From assembly GCA_964592195.1 (NCBI GenBank), contig CAZQEI010000007.1:5082-69081 (forward strand): a stretch of DNA of 64,000 bases, given 5' to 3'. Under the pieces are notes generated by a model. That model was not told the origin of the DNA. It searched no databases and worked only from the letters and a program-made list of their open reading frames with translations. Made by a program: the position numbers and the translations under genes. Within the stretch, counting starts at the first letter, position 1, and every line of letters starts with the position of its first letter. The DNA comes from an uncultured Gammaproteobacteria bacterium (GTDB taxonomy: Bacteria > Patescibacteriota > Patescibacteriia > UBA11705). Shown piece by piece: positions 56,957 through 64,000 of this stretch.

Positions 56957-57358
56957 ATGCTAAACTTATTCATCAATTTGATTTTCGGACATCTGGTAGG
57001 CGATTATCTGCTTCAGTCAAAGAGTATGGCACTGAAAAAGGGTTTGCCTGGTTGGATCGGCTGGAAGTGGTGTTTGTTTCATTGCTTGGTCTACACTTTT
57101 GCAGTGTGCGCTTTCTTGAAGACTGTAAATCCTCTGGCAATCGCAATTGTATTTCTCAGCCATGTCGCCATTGATCGTTGGTCTCTGGCAGATAAATGGT
57201 TGAAGCTGATTCGTGGTCGAACTTTCTTGGCTGCGTATGCCAGCACTGAACCGACTCGAGAATTCGATATTGCCTTCACTTCAATCGTTTACACGGTAGT
57301 TGATAATACTTGGCATATTTTGATCATGTATTACGGCTTGCTGTTCTTGGTAAAATAA
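56957..57358 (+). CDS. DUF3307-like membrane protein
   Basis: GHLVGDYLLQ...MA..K, H..Y, H..ID, DNTWH. Confidence 0.8.
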   Translation: MLNLFINLIFGHLVGDYLLQSKSMALKKGLPGWIGWKWCLFHCLVYTFAVCAFLKTVNPLAIAIVFLSHVAIDRWSLADKWLKLIRGRTFLAAYASTEPTREFDIAFTSIVYTVVDNTWHILIMYYGLLFLVK

Positions 57359-57464
57359 TAATAACTCGGTTAAAAAGCCGAGTTTTATAATAAACAAAAA
57401 ACAGCATACGCTGTTACTTTTTTACTTAGCACTTATTTTACTTATAAACTTACGGACTTGCAAT

Positions 57465-57541
57465 TGGTCGGGGTGAGGGGACTTGAACCTCCGACCTCAC
57501 GCACCCGAAGCGTGCGCTCTAGCCAACTGAGCTACACCCCG
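57465..57541 (-). tRNA. tRNA-Pro(CGG)
   Basis: CGGGGTG acceptor, anticodon arm CACGC-TTCGGGT-GCGTG, CCA. Confidence 0.96.
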
Positions 57542-57665
57542 ACGATAATTTAATTGATAATGGCGGTGCTATGCATCGGATACATGGCGTGCCATCCGTA
57601 GCGCAGGCTTTATCTTGCCCTTCTTCGCATAAAGCTACGAAGGGCATCCTTCGCTGCGCGAAGGA

Positions 57666-57752
57666 TGGTGGGCGGGGAGAGATTTGAACTCTCATGAGGT
57701 TGCCCCCACTGCGCTCTGAACGCAGCGCGTCTACCAGTTTCGCCACTCGCCC
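57666..57752 (-). tRNA. tRNA-Leu(CAG)
   Basis: CTGCG-TTCAGAG-CGCAG, long variable arm, CCA. Confidence 0.96.
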
Positions 57753-57906
57753 ATGCAATTTTAAATTCTAAGCACTAAATTTGAAATTCTAAAAAATATG
57801 TGGAGTGCCATTCGTAGCTCGCGTCATTGTTATTGTCACGAACTACTATATTGGTCCTCCTTCGCTGAAGCTACGGAGGACATTCTTCGCTCTAGCGAGC
57901 GAAGAA

Positions 57907-57984
57907 TGGTGGACCTGAGGGGAGTCGAACCCCTGACCTCTGCAATGCGAATGCAGCGCTCTAGCCAAACTGAGCTACAGGCCC
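57907..57984 (-). tRNA. tRNA-Ala(CGC)
   Basis: G3:U70, CTGCA-TTCGCAT-TGCAG, CCA. Confidence 0.96.
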
Positions 57985-58000
57985 ATGATTTATTGTAACG

Positions 58001-58065
58001 TAGCGAAGGTGCTGGGCAAACTGCTTGTCCCGCAGAAACGAAGTGTATGCGGGAAGCTACAGGCC
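58001..58065 (-). pseudogene. Interrupted 5' ghost copy of tRNA-Ala
   Basis: GGCCTGTAGCT + insert + CAGTTTG + insert + GCTA reproduces the 5' part of tRNA-Ala. Confidence 0.7.
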
Positions 58066-58080
58066 AATGATGTTTGTTAA

Positions 58081-58304
58081 TGGTCGGGCTGATCCCGCTG
58101 AGCGGGACGGCCTCATTTATCTCATGTTGGTCGGGCTGACTGGACTTGAACCAGCGGCCTCATGCACCCCATGCATGCGCTCTAGCCAACTGAGCTACAA
58201 CCCGACGATTGTTATTTGTAGCGAAGGAATGTCCAACCCCGAAGGGGCCCCTTCGGGGCTGCGGAGTCCTCCGAAGCTTTAGCGAAGGAGGAAGCTACAA
58301 CCCG
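58081..58304 (-). pseudogene. Interrupted ghost tRNA-Pro enclosing the intact tRNA-Pro(GGG)
   Basis: 5' pieces at 58219-58304; 3' piece at 58081-58116 with the T-arm replaced by a hairpin. Confidence 0.7.
58128..58204 (-). tRNA. tRNA-Pro(GGG)
   Basis: CATGC-ATGGGGT-GCATG anticodon arm, CCA. Confidence 0.95.
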
Positions 58305-58516
58305 CCGATTCATTAAGTTAATACTAAATTAACAGTATCCAGATTATAAAACAAATAATGATTTTTTTCAAGTGCAGTTAATGTTGTATGTAATATGACA
58401 AGTAAGGTTAGTGACACAGATGTTTTTGATATTTATTGATTTTTTGGGGATGAATAATTTGGTTTGTTATCGACAAAAATGGTATAATAATAACAACTAA
58501 AGATTAATGATTTAAT

Positions 58517-60202
58517 ATGCGTTTACCGGATGAAAAAATCTTGGGAGTTTTGAACAAAAATAAAGTTATTACCAATAAAGAAGGCGAAGATTTAATCGCC
58601 AAAGCCGATGAACAAAAAGTTTCATTGTTTGATTATGTAATTGGTAAAGATTTAATTGATCGAGATAAGCTCGGTCGCATGGTAGCCAAGGATTTTGGTG
58701 TGAATTATATTGATTTATCTAAAACAACGGTTGACCCGGAGGTTTTGAAATTGATGCCTGAGATTGTGGCGAAGAAAAGTGTGGCTGTGGTTTTCGGTCA
58801 TGATAAGAACGGTGTTCATTTGGCCGTCAATGATCCAGAAGATAAAGATTTTATAAAAAACTTTTCCAAACGAGTGGATGATGAAGTGGTTGTGTATTTC
58901 GCTGATATGGAATCTTTGGGTCATGTTTTGAATCAATTCGCCGCACAGGTTGGAGATGAAGACTTGGAGAAATTAATTCGGGGTGCAGGTGAAGGCGAGG
59001 GCAGCCAGGGAAAAGATTTACCGGTAATTAAAATTGTCGACCGTATTTTAGCTTTGAGTTACAATAACAAAGCCTCAGATATTCACATTGAACCATTTGA
59101 TGAAGTCACCTATATTCGTTTTCGCATTGATGGTATCTTGCATGATATTATTTCCATCCCAAAAAACCTGGAAGATTTGATAGTTACTCGTATTAAAATA
59201 TTAGCCAGGTTGAGAACCGATGAACATCGAGCCGCACAAGATGGTCGTTTACGCTTTGTCGTAGATGGTGCAAAGGTAGATGTCCGTGTTTCTATCGTGC
59301 CAGTGATTCACGGAGAAAAGATTGTTATGCGGTTATTGTCTGAACGTTCTCGACAATATGATCTGGAAAATTTAGGATTCAGTCCGGCGGATTTGAAAAA
59401 GATTCAAAATAATATTGATAAGCCGTGGGGCATGATTCTGGCCACCGGACCAACCGGTTCGGGTAAAACCACTACCTTGTATGCCATTTTAAAAAAACTG
59501 TATAGTCGTGAAGTAAACATCTCGACGATTGAAGATCCGGTGGAATACGACATGGAGGGGATCAATCAAATTCAAGTAAATGCTGCCACCAATCTAACTT
59601 TTTCTGATGGTTTACGAGCCATTGTTCGTCAAGATCCCGATATTATCATGGTGGGAGAAATTCGTGATCAGGAAACTGCTAGTATAGCCATTAACTCCGC
59701 TATGACCGGACATTTAGTTCTATCAACATTGCATACTAATGATGCTCCTACCACCTTACCGCGATTGTTAGATATGGGAATCAAATCATTTTTAGTGGCG
59801 TCAACTGTTAATATTGTAGTTGGGCAACGTTTAGTGCGTAAAATTTGTACCGAATGTAAATATCAGACGCATGCGAGTCCTGAAACTATAAAATATATTG
59901 AGAAACAACTATCATCAGACATTATAAAAAAATTCAAGCTCTTGGATAAAAGTACCCAGTTCTCCTATGGTAAAGGTTGTGCTAATTGTCAAAATACCGG
60001 CTTTAAGGGGCGTCAAGGTATTTATGAGATCATGGATATGACCGAGGAATTAAAAGCTTTAATTATGGAACGCGCTAACGCTTCTATCATTCGCGCCAAA
60101 GCGATTGAGCAAGGCATGACTACCATGGTGGAGGATGGCATCCGAAAACTTTTAGAAGGCATCACCACGGTAGAAGAAGTGTTGCGTGTGACAAGAGAGT
60201 AA
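58517..60202 (+). CDS. pilB: Type IV pilus/T2SS assembly ATPase (GspE/PilB), copy 2
   Basis: ASDIHIEP, GPTGSGKTTT, RQDPDIIMVGEIRD, TGHLVLSTLHTN, CxxC pairs. Confidence 0.93.
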   Translation: MRLPDEKILGVLNKNKVITNKEGEDLIAKADEQKVSLFDYVIGKDLIDRDKLGRMVAKDFGVNYIDLSKTTVDPEVLKLMPEIVAKKSVAVVFGHDKNGVHLAVNDPEDKDFIKNFSKRVDDEVVVYFADMESLGHVLNQFAAQVGDEDLEKLIRGAGEGEGSQGKDLPVIKIVDRILALSYNNKASDIHIEPFDEVTYIRFRIDGILHDIISIPKNLEDLIVTRIKILARLRTDEHRAAQDGRLRFVVDGAKVDVRVSIVPVIHGEKIVMRLLSERSRQYDLENLGFSPADLKKIQNNIDKPWGMILATGPTGSGKTTTLYAILKKLYSREVNISTIEDPVEYDMEGINQIQVNAATNLTFSDGLRAIVRQDPDIIMVGEIRDQETASIAINSAMTGHLVLSTLHTNDAPTTLPRLLDMGIKSFLVASTVNIVVGQRLVRKICTECKYQTHASPETIKYIEKQLSSDIIKKFKLLDKSTQFSYGKGCANCQNTGFKGRQGIYEIMDMTEELKALIMERANASIIRAKAIEQGMTTMVEDGIRKLLEGITTVEEVLRVTRE

Positions 60203-60203
60203 T

Positions 60204-61478
60204 ATGGTCAAAAAAACAATAAAACAAGAAAACCCGCCAGAGGCGGATCAGCCTCCGGCTGACAAGAAAGCAATAAAGCAAGAAAATAAAGAATTGAAAA
60301 AGCGTAAAGAATCAAAAATAACTTTTGAAGAACCGCCAGTGGATCTCGATAAGGTTGAAGAAAAGGTTGTTAAAAAAATCAAGGTGGAGAAGCCTTCGGT
60401 TGAGGATGTGGTTAAAAAAGCCAAACAACCGATTTATCTTGGTGGTGTGTCGCGCAAGACGATTTTGTATTTTACTAAGAACTTGTCAATTTTATTGAGA
60501 ACTGGGTCCACGGTTTCAGAATCATTGGAAGTACTCAATGTGGAAGTCAAAGATCAGTTTCATAAGATTTTACAGCAAATTATTGATGATGTGCAACGAG
60601 GGGTGTCTCTTAGTGACGCTCTGGCTGAGCATCCCAAAGTGTTTGCTGAGTTGTATGTAAATATTGTAAAAATTGGCGAGGAATCTGGTAATCTTGAAAA
60701 GAACTTGGAATATCTTGCGCAACAATTGAACAGCTCATATCAACTGAGAAAGAAAATCGTGGGTGCCATGATTTATCCAATTATTATTCTTTCTGGTATT
60801 TTTTTCCTAGGGACAGGTTTGGCTATTTATATCTTGCCCAAGATTAGTCAACTGTTTCGCAGTTTCAAGATCAAACTACCGTGGACAACTAATATGTTAA
60901 TTAGTTTGTCTGATTTTATGCAAAAGCATGGTTTTGCGACATTGATGATTATTATCGCGACCTTTATTGCAGTGGTAGTCATTAGAAGAATAAAAGTGAT
61001 TAAACCATTTTTACATTCCATAGTCCTGAAAACACCGGTAGTCGGGCGTATTTCAAGACATTTCAACTTGTCCATGTTTTATCGTAGTCTTTCCATCTTA
61101 TTGAAAAGTGGAGTGACGATTGATGAGGCATTGAAGGTGGTAAGCAAGACAACTACCAACATGGTTTATCGCAATTTTATTTTAGCCACTTGTACCAGTA
61201 TTAAATCAGGTGAAAGCTTGTATGATATTTTGCATCGTAATAGCAAGCTGATTCCCCCGACAGATTCACAGATCATCAATGTGGGGGAGGCCTCTGGCAC
61301 CATGTCAGATTCATTGTCATATATCGCGGAAATACACGAGGAAGAGTTAAATGATATCACTCGCAACTTATCCAGTATCATTGAACCGGTATTATTCATT
61401 TTCTTGGGTGTGGTGGTGGCGATTTTGGCTATGTCAATTATTACTCCAATTTATTCTATTACCGGTCAATTTAAATAA
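60204..61478 (+). CDS. pilC: Type IV pilus/T2SS platform protein (GspF/PilC), copy 2
   Basis: GEESGNL, AMIYP, GEASG, IIEP. Confidence 0.92.
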   Translation: MVKKTIKQENPPEADQPPADKKAIKQENKELKKRKESKITFEEPPVDLDKVEEKVVKKIKVEKPSVEDVVKKAKQPIYLGGVSRKTILYFTKNLSILLRTGSTVSESLEVLNVEVKDQFHKILQQIIDDVQRGVSLSDALAEHPKVFAELYVNIVKIGEESGNLEKNLEYLAQQLNSSYQLRKKIVGAMIYPIIILSGIFFLGTGLAIYILPKISQLFRSFKIKLPWTTNMLISLSDFMQKHGFATLMIIIATFIAVVVIRRIKVIKPFLHSIVLKTPVVGRISRHFNLSMFYRSLSILLKSGVTIDEALKVVSKTTTNMVYRNFILATCTSIKSGESLYDILHRNSKLIPPTDSQIINVGEASGTMSDSLSYIAEIHEEELNDITRNLSSIIEPVLFIFLGVVVAILAMSIITPIYSITGQFK

Positions 61479-61480
61479 TT

Positions 61481-61909
61481 ATGCATAAAGGTTTTACATT
61501 GTTAGAGATGATGGTGGCGCTGGGAATTATTATCCTCTTGGCCGCTGTGACTGTGCCTTTTTATAACCAAATTTCTTTCTCGCGCACGACTGAATCAGCC
61601 AGAGGAGAATTAACGTCTGTATTACGTTTAGCGGCCAGCCAAGCCTCGGCCAGCCAGAATGATAGCGCTTTTGGTGTCTATATTTTATCCAATCATTATA
61701 TTTTATTCCGAGGCAATAGTTATGCCAGCCGGATAGCAGTAGAAGATCGTAGTTTTGATTTACCTGCGGGAATTACTTTGTCTGGTTTGAATGAAGTGGT
61801 TTTTGCCAAACAAACTGGATTACCCAATGTTACGGGAACGATTAGTTTAATTAATCAATTGGGACAAACCATGACGGTTTCTATAAATTCACAAGGCTTG
61901 ATATATTAA
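61481..61909 (+). CDS. Minor pilin (FimT/GspH-like)
   Basis: KG|FTLLEM; paralogous to 44568-45002. Confidence 0.85.
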   Translation: MHKGFTLLEMMVALGIIILLAAVTVPFYNQISFSRTTESARGELTSVLRLAASQASASQNDSAFGVYILSNHYILFRGNSYASRIAVEDRSFDLPAGITLSGLNEVVFAKQTGLPNVTGTISLINQLGQTMTVSINSQGLIY

Positions 61910-61910
61910 C

Positions 61911-62795
61911 ATGAAAAAAAATAGTGGTTATAATTTGTTGGAAGTAGTGTTGGCCCTAGGTCTTTTTTTTGTATTAATGACAGGTGTTGCTTTGTTGGCT
62001 TCACGCTATGTCGGGGCTTTGACTCGTGCCGTCGAATTGCAGGATGTGTCACTTATCGCCAGTGAAACGCAGGAAGCTTTGGACAAATTAGCCTCGTCGA
62101 GTTGGGCCAGTTTGACCGATGGTCCACATGGTTTGACTACGTTGGGGAGTGATTGGCAATTGTCAGGTAGTTCTGATTTGATTAATAGTAAATACACACG
62201 GCAGATAACTGTGGCTTCGGTAAATCGCGACAGTAGTTGCAATTTAGTTACCTCGGGCGGTACGGCTGATCCAGATACGAAAACAGTTGTGACCCAGCTT
62301 AGTTGGACAGAGAGAGGTCAGAATTTATCGAAATCTTTTTATTCATATGTAACAAATTGGAGAAGCCCAAGTTCCTCATGTCTGATCGTTGGCCAAGCTG
62401 GTGGTTTGGGATTGAATACTGGTACGGCGACTCGTAATGAATATTTTGATTGGATTAATTTTTTGGTCACAATAGACAATGTTCGGATTACCAATAATTA
62501 TTCTGGGAGCGTGACGATTGACAAAGTTCAAGTATATTTTGATAAACCGGGAATGAAGATTACCAATTTTAAAATCAATGGATCAACTCGCTGGGGATGG
62601 TTAGGTCCTGGCTCTCCGGGAGGCATGCAATCATCGGATGCCATTTTGGATATTTCAAACTATACTTTTACTCAAGGTCAAACTGTTACCGTGAAAATGC
62701 AATTTACCACCAGTTCCTCTGGTCCGATAAATTTTCATATTAAATTCATTATGACTGATTTGAGTGAAGTGGAAACTAATGGTTTTACATTATAA
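61911..62795 (+). CDS. Pilin-like protein with C-terminal extension
   Basis: SG|YNLLEV; YVTNWR junction as in 45100-46845 but a different C-terminal domain. Confidence 0.8.
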   Translation: MKKNSGYNLLEVVLALGLFFVLMTGVALLASRYVGALTRAVELQDVSLIASETQEALDKLASSSWASLTDGPHGLTTLGSDWQLSGSSDLINSKYTRQITVASVNRDSSCNLVTSGGTADPDTKTVVTQLSWTERGQNLSKSFYSYVTNWRSPSSSCLIVGQAGGLGLNTGTATRNEYFDWINFLVTIDNVRITNNYSGSVTIDKVQVYFDKPGMKITNFKINGSTRWGWLGPGSPGGMQSSDAILDISNYTFTQGQTVTVKMQFTTSSSGPINFHIKFIMTDLSEVETNGFTL

Positions 62796-63335
62796 TTGAT
62801 TAAATTTGTGAAAAAAATAGGCATTACATTGATAGAATTGCTAATATACATAGGATTGTCTGCGATAATACTATCTGCGTTGGTTTATGTGACCTTTAAT
62901 TTGCTTGGTGACAATGTTCGTGCTGATGTTATGGCTCGATTAAACGATGAAACCAGCTTGGTAAAAGAACGAATAACTTATTATGTCAATCGAGCTGATA
63001 GTCTGGATGCAGGAAGTATTTATGCTATTAATCCGAGTACTTTGATTGTTAATGATGGAGGGATCTTAAATCGATTTGAAATATATACAAAAACAGTGAC
63101 TATTAATGGCAATGCTATTGATATAAAAAAATTGCGATTTAAATCAGGCAGTGGCGACTACGTTGATCTAACCAGTGACACGGTCACGGTTGACCGATTT
63201 ATTGTGACGGATATGTCAAACAGTTCCATCGGTAGTGTTCGCGTGGATTGGCAAGTGCGCTCTCGCAATGCCGCCGGAGGAAAATATTATAATTCACTTT
63301 ATGCCAATACCTTCTCAGCCACCATCAAAAAGTAA
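62796..63335 (+). CDS. Minor pilin (PilW-like)
   Basis: IG|ITLIELLIY; YVDLTS shared with 46971-47504. Confidence 0.8.
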   Translation: MIKFVKKIGITLIELLIYIGLSAIILSALVYVTFNLLGDNVRADVMARLNDETSLVKERITYYVNRADSLDAGSIYAINPSTLIVNDGGILNRFEIYTKTVTINGNAIDIKKLRFKSGSGDYVDLTSDTVTVDRFIVTDMSNSSIGSVRVDWQVRSRNAAGGKYYNSLYANTFSATIKK

Positions 63336-63690
63336 AGGTTTTGTTATGATCGCTTTGGTAATTTTACTGGGTGCGATTATGGCTGTGGTCAGCGTGAGGA
63401 CCGCACTTTTCAGTTTGACCGAGTTAGATGTTTCAACAAAACGACTCGCTACCGAGCAAATTAAACAACAAGCCCAAGGTTGTTTGTCTGAAGCAATTTT
63501 ACATCTACGCAAAAATAGTAGTTTTACCACATCCACGGTAAACATTGGCGGTGGTTCCTGTACCACAACTGTTACCGGCGGCGGTAATGACAGAGTGATA
63601 ACTGTCGTGGCGGTTCAAGGTGTTTACAATTACACATTACATGCGACCGTTACTATTTCTCCCTTTGTGGTGAGTGAGTGGGGAAATTAG
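63301..63690 (+). CDS. Minor pilin (PilX-like)
   Basis: KG|FVMIAL; AQGCLSEA; start moved to ATG 63301. Confidence 0.75.
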   Translation: MPIPSQPPSKSKGFVMIALVILLGAIMAVVSVRTALFSLTELDVSTKRLATEQIKQQAQGCLSEAILHLRKNSSFTTSTVNIGGGSCTTTVTGGGNDRVITVVAVQGVYNYTLHATVTISPFVVSEWGN

Positions 63691-63693
63691 CAG

Positions 63694-63721
63694 GTAGACA
63701 CGCAAGATTTTGCGTGTCCAC
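63694..63721. repeat. GTAG-type REP palindrome
   Basis: GTAG-ACACGCAA-GATT-TTGCGTGT-CCAC. Confidence 0.6.
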
Positions 63722-63775
63722 GGGTTCCCCACCAAAATAAAAAAAGCCTCTGTTTTCACAGGGCTTTTCTGTTTT

Positions 63776-64000
63776 TTATTGAGCTATAGTACCATTTAAA
63801 TCAGTATCGTAGAGAATTCTTTCTGAAACGTGTCGGTAATTGACGATTTCGTCTGGGGTGAACCAAAGATTGATTTCGCGTTCCGCTTCTTCCACTTTGT
63901 CTGAGCAGTGAATCAAGTTTCGAACTGCGCGTTCGTCATAACTAGCTAAATCATACGAGTCAAGCGTTAAATCACCGCGAATAGTTCCGACATCAGAAGT
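63776..64000 (-). CDS. ndk: Nucleoside diphosphate kinase, C-terminal part (truncated by window edge)
   Basis: Manual translation ...GTIRGD...RNLIHCSD..EEAEREINLWF...; stop at 63776-63778; absent from the ORF track. Confidence 0.9.
   Translation of the reverse strand, partial: TSDVGTIRGDLTLDSYDLASYDERAVRNLIHCSDKVEEAEREINLWFTPDEIVNYRHVSERILYDTDLNGTIAQ

Noticed and set aside
56878-57174. 98-aa ORF overlapping the DUF3307 gene
   Set aside because: Alternative frame; the 56957 frame has the SD and the family motifs.
57465-58304. Prophage or integrative element at the tRNA cluster (3' duplication as att site)
   Set aside because: The duplicated 3' end is only about 11 nt from the tRNA, 5' ends are duplicated too, and no integrase or phage genes are nearby.

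Overview
AT-rich chromosomal segment using standard code 11. Gene content suggests a Patescibacteria/CPR bacterium (inference). Housekeeping genes: rpsP, prs, polA, ileS (type 2), rlmD, rlmN, ABC-F, two deoxynucleoside kinases, partial ndk and five intact tRNAs. It also holds two type IV pilus/T2SS-like operons (pilB-pilC-minor pilins), an array of three major pilins, two-component genes and many orphan genes. The most unusual signals are non-coding. (1) An intact tRNA-Cys lies nested inside a second tRNA-Cys gene broken by four insertions, whose five pieces rejoin into a canonical 74-nt cloverleaf. Similar 'ghost' copies flank tRNA-Ala and tRNA-Pro, interrupted at the same D-arm position (about nt 12/13). 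(2) About a dozen accessory genes share one expression layout: sigma70 promoter, boxA-like motif, strong Shine-Dalgarno, ORF, intrinsic terminator. Most core genes lack an SD. (3) Dense families of short hairpins and 7-10-nt tandem arrays insert into each other, into a T-box riboswitch and in-frame into pilC and polA. Also notable: an ultrashort-Stem-I ileS T-box with a terminator, a candidate structured ncRNA, three tandem beta-propeller paralogs with constant ends, a CoaD-CoaE fusion and a truncated CheD. All calls come from reading motifs by eye; no searches were run.
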